Origin: the human T2T-CHM13v2.0 reference genome, Homo sapiens
DNA length: 64,000 nucleotides
Assembly (NCBI RefSeq): GCF_009914755.1
Contig: NC_060937.1
Strand: one strand, 5' to 3'
Position numbers and translations under genes: made by a program. A model generated the notes under the pieces. It worked only from the letters and a program-made list of their open reading frames with translations, had not been told where the DNA came from and did not search any database. Position 1 is the first letter of the stretch. The number at the start of each line of letters is the position of its first letter. This document shows, piece after piece, positions 32,580 to 43,916 of the stretch.

Positions 32580-35500
32580 TATCTCTTCCTCAGCATCTGG
32601 CTCATGATAAAATTTCAGGTGTCTTGATGGTATCTAAATCAGTTGTTGATTCAGTCCTGGAGAAACACAAGCATAACCTCTATGCCAAGTTATAATTTTA
32701 CCTATTTCCCAACTTTTTGTTATTGGATCTCTCCACCAAACCAGTTGTTCTGCTTCTGTCTTTGCAGCTGGTTTCTGTAGATGCTGTTCAGCTGCTGGTA
32801 ACATCTGGCCTTTGGGCAGGCTCAAAAATTTGAAAGTTAATAATGCAAGATTCAATTGTGTATGGGCTATCCCGTAATCCCTGTTTCTCCCCCTTTTTTG
32901 TTTTTATTATCAGTTGTTCATCTGTATGAAATCTTAACTGAGCATTTTCAATTAACTGTGTGGAATGACCCATGTATGAAGAATCAGAAATCACATTACC
33001 AGGCATATCAAAAGCAGTCAATACCTCAATTACAGCTACAAGCTCTGCCTTTTGAGCTAAAGTATAGGGTGTCTGGAAAACTTTACCTTTTGATCCAGAA
33101 TAAGAAGCTTTACCATTACTAGACCCATCTGTGAAACAATGAAAACGCTTAGCAGGCTGCAGGTTGTTTACTGCAGGAATTGTAAATGCAAACGGTTCAC
33201 AGTCTAGCTCAGCTAAAAGGGTAGTAAAGAAACAGTCTTTTAAATCTGTGACTATTAAAGGCCAATTTTTTGGAATTATAGTAGGAGAAGGCAATCCTGG
33301 CTGTTATGTTTCCATAGGTTGTATAACTGAATTGATGGCTCTTAAGTCAGTTAACATTCTCCATTTACCTGATTTTTTCTTAATTATGAAAACTGGAGAA
33401 TTCCAAGGGGAAAATGTTGGAGCTATGTGCCCATTTTCTAATTGTTCAGTAACTAATTTCTCTAAAGCATCCAGTTTCTCTTTGCTTAGCAGCCATTATT
33501 CTATCCAAATTGGCTTATCTGTTAACCATTTTAAAGGTATAGGTTCTGGAGGCTTAACTATGGCCACCATCAAAAATGGTATCCTAATCTTTGGCAGGAA
33601 CTTTGTCTTTCCGTTTGAAGCAGTTCTTTCAAACCTTGCAATTTTTTTTCTACTCCTATACCAGGGACATGCCCCATTTCGTGCATCATATGTTGATTTT
33701 GAGGGCTGTGTAATTGTTATGGAATTAGAACTTGTGCTCCCCATTGTCATAATAAATCTCTCCCCCGTTAATTTATAGGTACAGAAGTTGCAATTGGTTG
33801 AACAGTCCCAGGTTGTCCATCGGGCCCTTCACAATGCAAAGTATAGCTACTTTGATACACTTCTAAAGCTTTAGCAGTTTCCACTGTGTTAAATTGAGTA
33901 GGCTGAATTGGCCACATGGACGGCCAGTGCTATAGAGAAAAAATTGAAATGTCCACTCCTACCAAAAAAAAATAGTATCTACCAAACCTTTAAAGTTCTT
34001 TCCCTGGATAGTTATTTCACAGATAGGATGTTTATCAGTAATTTGATTTACCCAATAAGCTGCCTTGCCTTTTTTATTTGTGCTTCCAAATCCTCCAGTT
34101 CATTTAATTTCACTTTTTCCCATTCCCACATACGGCTCACTCAGGAGCTGTGCTATGCGCACTCCTGGCTGTGCTTTCCAGGGAACAGAACTAAATATCA
34201 CAATTTGAATTTCCTCATTGTAATCTGAATCAATGACTCCAGTGTATATTTGTACCCCTTTTAAACTTAAACTAGACCTTCCTAAAAGTAATCCCATTGT
34301 CCCTGCTGGCAACGGTCCACAGACTCCTGTTGGGACCTTTTGCGAGGGTTCCCCAGGCAGAAGGCTCACAGCTATTGTGCAGCAAAAATCTACTGCAGCA
34401 CTATGGGCTGTGGTGGGGGACAGATAACGTATGGGGGTGAGGGAATGGCCTGAGCTGGAAATGCCCTGGTTTAGAACAGGGCCTGGGATGGGCCCCTCAG
34501 GGAGTTTCCCAAAATCGGGTTCAAATCTTTATCAAACTTAGAGTGACACTGATTAGCCCAAAATTTCCTTTTTTACATTTTGGACATATTTCAGGATCAG
34601 CAGTTTTCTTTTTCCCCTATCTGGTGGCCTGACTCGGTGATTTTTTTTTTACATTATTTTTAGTATGACCACGCTTCCCACAGTTAAAACAAGCTCCAGG
34701 AAATAGAGTATTTCCTTTATCCACTCTCAGTCCTGCCATCGCCTGTGCCAACAAAGTAGCTTTATGTAGATTATCTCTGATATCATCACAGTCCTTGTTA
34801 TAATCAACTAAATGTGCTTTCCCTCTGATAGGTCACAGAGCAGCCTGGCAATAAGGATTAGCATTGTCAAAACCAATAACTGCAACACTATATCCTAAGC
34901 AGCCAAATCTGCAATCATCTTTTTAAGAGACTCCTGTAACCAAGCTATAAAATCCACATATGGTTCTCTTGGTCCCTGTTTTATAGCACTAAAGGAAGGG
35001 TATTGTTCTCCACATGAAGTGATTTTTTCCAAGCTCTAATGCACACTCCTCTAAGCTGTTCTATGGCATCATCCTGCATGACCACTAGTGCATGTAAACC
35101 AGCCCAGCCACCAACCCCCAAAAGTTGGTCTGCAGTTATATTAATCTGAGGTTGGGCCCAGGAATTGCGAGCAGCCTGAATGGAAGCTTCATCTGCCTAC
35201 TAAGTTTTAAACTGTAAGAACTGAGCAGGAGTTAGACAAGCTCGAGTAAGAGTGTCCCAGTCAGTAGGAATCATCCGACTGGAAACAGCAACATTCTTTA
35301 ACAGTCCCATTTCAAAAGGAGAACCTGGTCCAAACTGATTTATAGCTTGTTTAAATTTTTTGAGTAATTTAAAAGGAAAAGGCTCAAATGTAGCTATAAT
35401 ATTTCCCTGTTGATCTGGGGAGTGTATTCAAACAGGGAACTGCCAAGCCTCTAAATCCCACTTTTGTCTAGCTTGCTGTATTCCTGCCTGAATAGAACTA

Positions 35501-35935
35501 AGAGCAGTCGCTCAAGGCGCTGCTCGAACAGTCACCAGGGCAACTACTTTTCACCCAGTGTCCTCCAGAAAAGAAAGATCTGGAGGGTCGTTTTCTTCAA
35601 AATAATAATGACGGTGTGCAGAAGGGTAGGGATGAACCTCTCCCTCCTTTTATGCTTTAGCTTTAGGTGACAAATAAACCTGGTCTGTAACCTCTACTGT
35701 TACTTTGTTATACTCTCCTTTCTCCTCATCATCAGTGTGAAAAAGTTCCAAGGTAGAACGAACCACAGCCCACACTTGTCCTATTGCTACCCTGATGCTT
35801 CAGAGCTCCCCTTCTAACTCACCACGGGGATTGCTTTAAGAGTACTCGGGTGTCCTCCAGCTAGTTCCACATTCTCCAATCGTTGCTCCAGTGATCCTTT
35901 GACCTGTATTCGAGTCCCCATGTATGGGCACCACT
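32580..35935 (-). mobile_element. HERV-K(HML-3)/HERVK9 internal region: PBS, gag, pro (dUTPase and protease), deleted pol; env and 3' LTR missing
   Basis: Lys-type PBS tggtgcccatacatgggg from 35933. Gag CA remnants. dUTPase SLLPGEPSQKVPTGVCGPLPAGTMGLLLGRSSL...GVIDSDY (34100-34369). RT start PPEPIPLKWLTDKPIWIE and DLKDCFF; RNase H FTDGSS; integrase C-terminus WWRDPITKSWEIGKIITW. Confidence 0.9.
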
Positions 35936-36386
35936 TGCTGAGACCAGGTCTGTTGGAGAAACCCTAACCCAGCAGCACTAGAGGAATTAAAGACACACAC
36001 ACAGAAATATAGAGGTGTGAAGTGGGAAATCGGGGTGGGGGGTCTTACAGCCTTCAGAGCAGAGCCCTGAACAGAGATTTACCCACGTATTTATTAACAG
36101 CAAGCCAGTCATTAGCATTGTTTCTATAGATATTAGATTAACTAAAAGTATCCCTTAATCTTAAGGCACAGATCATTCATACTATTGTTTGTGGCTTAAG
36201 AATGCCTTTAAGTGGTTTTCCACCCTGGACGGGCCAGGTATTCCTTGTCCTCATTCCAGTAAACCCACAACCTTCCAGCGTGGGTGTTATGGCCATCATG
36301 AACATGTCACAGTGCTGCAGAGATTTTGTTTATGGCCAGTTTTGGGGCCAGTTTATGGCCGGATTTGGGGAGGATTGTTCCCAACA
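35936..36386 (-). mobile_element. MER9 5' LTR (HML-3)
   Basis: Minus strand begins tgttgggaacaatcctccccaaatccggccataaactggccccaaaactggcc (MER9a-like) and ends ...tctcagca, followed by the PBS. Confidence 0.9.
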
Positions 36387-38162
36387 GTTCTTCTGGGTAA
36401 GGGTGCCCTAACTCCTGTGGGGACCTTCTTTGGTGGCTCCCCAGGAAGTAAGGAGATGGGAATTGTGCTGTAGAGGTCTACAGCAGCACTGCTTGCTGAG
36501 GCGGGGGACAATTGCTATACATTTGTAAGGGCAGTGGCTGTGCTGGGTTTGCCTCAGTTTGTTGAGAGGCTTGAGGCGGGTCCCCCTTCCTATTTCCTGA
36601 AAGAGGTTGTCCATCTTTGCTAAATTTAGAATGACACGGACTTGCCTAGTGATTGTCTTTCTTACACCAGGGACGTACATTGGGACTTTTCTGTTGATTG
36701 ATGGTAGTAGTTTTCGTCTTTTGAATTCCTTTCTACATTCCTTTCTTGTGTCCAATTTGCCCACAATTAAGGAAAGAGCCTGAGAAATGAAGCATATTTT
36801 TTCCTTACTCTTAATCTAGCCACAGCCTGAGCTAAAAGAATAACCTTATGTAAGTTATCTCCAATGCCATCGCAAGCCTTAATATATTTAGTTAAATGGG
36901 CCCTCTCTGGGATCTAATAGCAGTTTGACACTGTGTATTAGCATCATTGTATGCAAGAAGCTGTATTACAACATCCTGAGCTGTTTTGATCATTTACGGC
37001 TTTATACACAGCCTCTTGGAGCTGAGCAATAAAATTAACATATGGTTCTTTAGGTCCTTGTCAGACAGAACTGAAATAAGGATACTTTTCCCCTGTAACA
37101 TTTATCCTTTTCTATGCATGTAAGCACATGAAGCACAGCTGAACAATGGCAACTTCTTCCATTAGTGCTTGATTCTCTAATCAACCCCAGTTAGGGCCAA
37201 CTCATATTAACTGATCAAAGAAAACAGGCACAGGTGGCTGCACTTGTGTGTTTTCTTTTGCCTGAGTTTGAGCTTCATCAGCCTACCAAGTTTTAAACTG
37301 CAAGTACTGAGATGGAGTGAGAACAGGTTTTGTCAAAGTATCCTAATTATATGGTAGTAATCTATTATCAAGAGCCATATTTTTAAATAAAGTTTGCACA
37401 AAAAGAGAGTTCAGTCCATATTGACTAATGGCTTGCTTAAATTCTTTAGTAACTTAAAAGAGAAAGCAGCCTAATTAGCTATATTCTGTCCTACTTGCTG
37501 GATTATAGTAACGGGAAATTGCCATGCTTCAAGGTCTCCCTTGGCTTTAGCTTTTTGAATAGAATTTTGTCTACCACCACCAATTGCTCCAGATTTTAAT
37601 GTTGTAACTACAGGAGCAGTAAGTTTTTCAGCCAATTTATTTTCTCACCCATTTAGAGGAGAGAGAGGAGGTGGTCATTCACTTAATTCGGCAGGTGGAG
37701 CCAACGGGCTAGTAAAACATACTTTTTAAAGTTTTTCTTTCTTTTCTTTAATCTCCTCTGGTAGCTGCTCCCCACACTCAGAATTTGAAGTTAGTTTTTT
37801 ACACTCATCCTCCTCTTCCTCATCTGAGTCTGCCTCATCATCTGTTTGAAATGGCTCAAGGGCTGCCTTTATTAGTGCCCACACTGACCATACAGAACCT
37901 GGAATTTCTGCTCCATCTTTATATGCCTTTTAAAAAATCTCTTCCAATTCTCTCCCATTCATCCAACTTCATAGTCCTTTGTTGTGGAAACCATGGGCAA
38001 AACTGCTTTACTGTACTAAAGAGTGATAACAAATTCTAAGTACTAAATTTCATTCCCCATCTTTGTATGTCCTCGGGTGTCTTTTGATGTTGTGTCCTCT
38101 GCTTTCACATGCTCCAGCCTTACTTCACCGGGTCTTTGTCACCCCATGTTGGGTGCCAGGAA
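36387..38162 (-). mobile_element. Second betaretroviral provirus (HERV-K HML-1/HERVK14-like): PBS, gag and start of dUTPase
   Basis: PBS tggcacccaacatgggg from 38158. Gag CA LTPSQYLQFKTW*ADEAQ and MHR-like QGPKEPYVNFIAQLQEAV. dUTPase start SAAVDLYSTIPISLLPGEPPKKVPTGV is cut by the MER9 LTR. Confidence 0.85.
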
Positions 38163-38445
38163 TGTTGGGTTGATCAGACCCAACACTAGGTCATGGGGGT
38201 GATGAAGTCCGGCAGAGTCAAAGGAATGAGAAAAAGACAGTTTGAGAGAGAAAGTGGGACCAGGAGACCATCATGAGTGTGGAGTCTGCAAAGTCCCCAA
38301 GCTCTGGGAGCCTACGCTATTTGTTGGTGCTCAAACAAACAGGTGGTGAGGATTTAAGGGTTGAAAAGAAACGGTGTATCAAGTGAATGAGAAACATATG
38401 GCCCTGCCTCAGCTTCTCTTCCAACACTCAGCTTTTCTCCCAACA
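38163..38445 (-). mobile_element. LTR14A-like 5' LTR (HML-1), 283 bp, apparently with a small U3 deletion
   Basis: Minus strand tgttgggagaaaagctgagtgttggaagagaagctgaggcagggc...tctgatcaacccaaca; TG..CA ends; adjacent PBS. Confidence 0.75.
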
Positions 38446-39240
38446 CATTCCCCTTATGAACAGGAATAAAATAGGGATGCCTGTTCTCACCACTCCTGTT
38501 TAACAAGTCCTAGCCAGAGCAATCAGGCATGAGAAAGCGATAAAAGGCATCCAAATAGGAAATGAAGACAAATTATCTCTCTTCACTGATGATATGATTC
38601 TACACCTAGAAATCCATAAAGACTGTGCCAAAAGGCTCCTAGAACTGATTAAAAAAATCTTCAGCAAACTTTCAGGATTAAAAAAATCAACATATAGAAA
38701 GAAGTAGCATTTCTGTACACCAAAAATGTTTAAACTGAGAGGTAAATCAAGAGTGCAATCCTGTTTACAACAGCAACCCCCAAAATAAAATAAAATAAAA
38801 GAAGAATATGTCTAAGCAAGGAGGTAAAGGATATCTAAAAGGAGAACTACAAAACACTGCAGAAAGAAATCATAGATGACAAAGCAAATGGAAAACTATT
38901 CCATGCTCATGGATTAGAATGATCAATATTGTTAAAATGGCTATACTGCCAAAAGCAATCTACACCTTCAACATTATTCCTATGAAACAACCAATGTCGT
39001 TTTTCACAGAATTAGAAAAAAAAAATATTCTAAATTTCATATGGATTTTTAAAGAGCCCAGACAACCAAAGGAAACCTAAGCAAGAAGAACAAAGCTGGA
39101 GACATCACATTACTTGACTTCATACTATACCCTAAGGCCACAATAGACAAAATAGCATGGTAGCGATATGAAAACAGATACAAAGACCAATGAAACACAA
39201 TAGAGAACCCCAAAATAAACATGCACCTACAGCCATCAGC
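38446..39240 (+). mobile_element. LINE-1 ORF2 (RT) fragment, L1PB/L1MA-age; target of the HML-1 insertion
   Basis: cattcccctt...ggatgcctgttctcaccactcc...ctcttcactgatgatatgattctacacctagaaa ([10 protein letters not shown]). Confidence 0.88.
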
Positions 39241-39834
39241 TTTCCCAGGATAACACAAAGAGAGCCAAGTGGCACCTGCACATTACACTGTGGAAGAAAA
39301 ACCCAAGCTCAAGAAACCCCAACTTGTATTATGGGAAGTTCACTTGGCTGTACCCTTCCCAAGAGGGAGAAATTATCTGCATTATACTAGACAGTAAATA
39401 AACTTTTCCTTTGTTCCAGAAGGAGGTACTGGCTTTCTATTCCAAGGCTGTTTTCTATACAAACATTCTTGAAAACAATCATTTGGAACAAGAAAGTCAG
39501 CGTCCAAACTTGCAAAATTGCGGAAATTAAAGAGACCCAAAAACTGTTTCTCTACCAATTTCTATTTTTTAAAAATCACATTTTCCCCATATAATATGCC
39601 TTTAATATGTGATCATATTCTGAAATTGTCTTAGCATTTACCCCCATTTCTGAGTCCAGAAGGATACAATAAATTTAATTTAATTTAGTAACACTTCAAA
39701 TAGTAGTGATTGTAATAGCAGAGCTAGTTTGTAGCATAAAGAAAAAATAATAATATTATTAGGTGACACAAATAATGTTAACCACCTTTCTAAGTGTCAT
39801 GGTAAGTACAGTGATTATTTCCTTTTTTTCTGAC

Positions 39835-40005
39835 TCTTTTTTATTGTATTTTTTATTTTTTTTCCCATAGGTTATTGGGGTATGGTGGTATGTGGTTCCA
39901 TGAATAACTTCTTTACTGGTTATTTGTGAGATTTGGGTGCACCCATCATCCGAACAGTGTACACTGCACCTTATTTGTTATCTTTTATCCCTCGCCCCCC
40001 TCCCT
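39835..40005 (-). mobile_element. L1PB-type 3' end fragment
   Basis: ataggttattggggta...gtgagatttgggtgcacccatca resembles the recalled L1PB 3'UTR. Confidence 0.75.
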
Positions 40006-40418
40006 ATTAAATAATAGACAAAAAATAATGGGTTTAGAATAAATGAGTTCAAATGAATTGTCAAATGTATGTGGGAAAAGTGGAATCAGTTTGTGAGGAA
40101 AAGCAAAAAACTCAACAGAAATTCTGATAAAGCATCATCCCTTCATGGCTAGAGCTACCAGGACACTAGAACACCAAAATCAGCTAGGGAAATTTTGTAG
40201 AAGTCCCAGATGTACTAAATGTTCTGTGAATACAGAGAGATATAATTATAACTGTTACCTGCATGTAGAGTAAAGATGAGAAGGCATTGGTCATGGTGGC
40301 AGCTACCTCAGGAGTTACAAAGCAGACGTGGTTCCAGGACAGTGTATGTCAGGGCAAAGCTGTCCTAGGAGGCTATTAGGAGCTGGTTACCGCACAGACA
40401 TTGTAAGTCAGATGATCT

Positions 40419-40466
40419 CATTACTTTCAATGACAAAACCAAAATTACTTTTGTATCAGCCTAATA
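40419..40466. mobile_element. MADE1 (Hsmar1-derived MITE) half element
   Basis: cattactttcaatgacaaaaccaaaattacttttgtatcagcctaata resembles the Hsmar1 terminal inverted repeat followed by TA. Confidence 0.6.
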
Positions 40467-40725
40467 CAACGGCCTGGCAAGAGCACAGAAAAAGTCCCTG
40501 TGCTGTTAGGTGGGGACCTCTGATGCAGCACAATTCCTTCATTCCCTTCTCCAAAACCCCCTCTTCCAATTCCACTGAAGAGAGAATCTGATGGAAGTGC
40601 TGTGTAAGCAGGCTCAGATATATCTACCACTATAGACAGTAGAGGTGATTCATAAATCCAAGCCTATCAAATACATCATAAATAAGTTACACATTTAATT
40701 TTTTTTTTGAAATTAGGGATCATGA

Positions 40726-41225
40726 TATAAAAGTTATCAGAATCAAAACTGTCACTAATGTTTAAAAAGAAAAGAAAAAACCTGGACAAATAGATTCAGA
40801 GAAGGCCTTGAAGAGAGGGTTCTCGTGCTTCTAGGCCTGATACAAACTATCACAAAATACCACAAAATCCACAACCTTGCACAAAGGCCATAGCAACCTT
40901 ACACAAAATACACTTCTGTGAGGACATCTGTCCAGCAACCACCTGCCCAAACTTCAACTGACATCGACCTTGTTGTTGATCTTTATAGTCAAAGATAACT
41001 ATAACAAAACAATTATATAAGCCTCTTCATTTTTCCTTTATTTATTTTTTTCTACTCCCCCATAATTCCAGGTTGATCGCTTTTCTTTTAAAGACCTTGT
41101 CTTCCTTTACCATTTGAATCTACACAGTTTGCTTTGTCATGCATATTCCCATTGCAGTGCCCTCCTCCCTAAGATGTGTCTTTTTCCTTTAGAGAGCCTT
41201 TCTCTATTTGTTATTTAGGTTTACA
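40726..41225 (+). mobile_element. MER65-type solo LTR
   Basis: Resembles recalled MER65 (aaagttatcagaatcaaaa...ccacaaccttgcacaaaggcc); 4-bp TSD atga at 40722-40725 and 41226-41229. Confidence 0.8.
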
Positions 41226-42529
41226 ATGAGAAGGCGTGTAAAGTATTTTTATTGTCTTCCTAGGAAAAAATCACTGACTTACAATATTTATATTTATTTA
41301 TTTACATTCTTGTGGATGAGGAATTAAAGATTTCACAAGTTTTCTTATTGAGAAGATCGAAGTTTTCATGTGAGCAAAACTGAATATGTAAATTGATATG
41401 TAAATTATGCTGCAGATAATATGCTCAAATGTTTACTTGTATTTAATTTGTTACACATGAATATTGCATATGTAAGATAATATACTAAGAAATTATCACA
41501 TTTAATGAAATGCTTTAATCAAATTCCTGATTGAATTTTTGATATCAATATCTTTTTCCTTGTTTAATCCATCTTTAGAGTGAACAGGGATGTCTAGGCC
41601 AAAGTCCTCACTTCTATCTAAATTGTCTGAGTTACAGAACTTTTTGAATTTATTATGTTGTCACAGGAAGTTTCTTATTGCTTGTTTAAAGGAGTCTCTC
41701 TCAATATGACGCAGAATCCAAAAGCACTGAAGGGCATATATCCTGAGTTTCTGTTACTGAAGCCAAAGGTTGCCAATTTCTTGTAGATCCTGCCAGAGTT
41801 AAACTTCATTTAAGTAATCATTAAAAGCTGCATTTATTCCCTCACTTGAACTTTTGATTTCACACTATTAGGACTAATCCTCTAAGTCTTTGCTAAGTTA
41901 TGTTCCTCCTTTTCTTGTGGCTTGACTCTGATGCTCTCTATATGCAACATCAATTGACATAAAGTACATTCAGGGCAAGAGAATTTCTTTAAATATTACT
42001 TTGTTATTCAAAATAATCACAAAAGCACTCATCGTAGGAAAACTTGTGAGGACTCAAATATAGGGAAATAGTTTTTCTTTCTAAGGCACAATTCTCTAAA
42101 GAAGTTCACCTTAATTTGAATATACATGGGAAAATATCCTTGTTCACTAATAGTCTATATTCACTCTGTTTTCTTCCCTCATAGACCAGTCGGTTCACTG
42201 TTATTCTCCAAATGATGTGTGCCTCTCTGGAGTCCAGGCTATCTGCATATCTAATTTTTCCCACAAATTACTGTTTTGAATTGCACTGAATTCAATTCAA
42301 GGGGATGTTATTTATAAACAGTGCAAATATATACTGCACGAGGGATCTTTGAAATCATACACATGGTTTGATCCATAAGCTCATATGAGCGTGCAATGTC
42401 AACTTTTTTCATGTTTTTTTAAATCCACTTAAATTGTATTTTAAGCCACCATCTGCCTGTGCTGTTAGGGCAGTTAGCCTTAAATCATTTTAAGATGCTC
42501 CCCTCTAAGTACTGTGATAGTGATAGAGA

Positions 42530-42930
42530 TATCACCAGTCAGGTGTCCTAGGAAGCCGACTCCGAGTTGGAGATTTGCATGCAAGGAGGTTGAAGTGATA
42601 TTCCCAACACCTGTGGAAGAGTGAAAGCAATAGGATTGGGTGGAGCAGGAAGTCGGCTGGAATGCAATCACTATCATGGCCGCAGTCCACTCTACAAGGG
42701 TCTTGGTGAGTTTACCTAATGACCTCGAATTTGAGCAAGAGAACCAGGCTATTATATTTCTGTACCAAGCAGTTCTCGGATGTGGGATGCCTTGAGAAGG
42801 GACATGAACTTGGATGAAGGAACTTTACTGTGCTGTGAGTATTGTTGCCAGGAGTCAGCTGTCAACACTCCCAGGAGACGGGAAATTATGCTTTAGTCAC
42901 TGAGGCGGCATGTAGTGTCAGACCACAGCC
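42530..42930 (-). mobile_element. Old ERVL-class LTR (LTR33/LTR16-like)
   Basis: ggaagccgactccgagttggagatttgcatgca...caacacctgtggaag...aggattggg pattern. Confidence 0.5.
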
Positions 42931-43480
42931 TTGTTAAACAGAGCCAGAATTTGGAGGATGGTTGGTGGGTTTAACATTTGGGGCTTGACATCTTGTCCCC
43001 ACAAGCTGCTGCTGGCCTCTTCCTTGTCCATTTCTGTGTGACCTGTTTAGGAGCCCCAGCTTCCTGCTTCTTCTTTACCATATTTGGAATGCAAAAATCT
43101 ACACGTAATTTGGCCCATGGACCCTTCTGCTTAGACATATCCTTGTAGCTATTTTTTTTAAAAGATGACTATGCCTTCTAGAATATTTCTAAGAAACTGC
43201 CTAAGTCACCACTGCTCACCAAGAGGCCTTTGTTTTTTCCTCTTCTTAACCATGGGAAAGGAATGTAGGAGGGTAGAGAGTGGATATTTTCTAACCTGGA
43301 AAAAACTCATTTTACCCTATATGATTTTTGTTCGCAAATTCCTTCTTTGCACTTACTCCACAATCTTTCCAAATTCTCCCAAATGCTCAAGCTTTTAAAA
43401 AACAAAAGACAGAAAGATAGCAGGTTATTAGGTTTTCCAACAAACCTTTTCGTTCTATTCCTTTACATCAGTGAGCTTAG

Positions 43481-43916
<436 letters not shown>

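Noticed and set aside
33164-33778. 204-aa + strand ORF as an antisense retroviral protein
   Set aside because: It is the mirror frame of HML-3 pro/pol, begins at a non-ATG codon and has no independent support.
34780-37520. Apparent diverged direct repeat (~35160-35400 versus ~37260-37480)
   Set aside because: Explained by homologous gag capsid regions of two different nested HERV-K families, not by local duplication.
35910-38158. tRNA genes at the tRNA-Lys-like segments (35933 and 38158)
   Set aside because: Only ~18-nt primer-binding sites next to LTRs; there is no cloverleaf.
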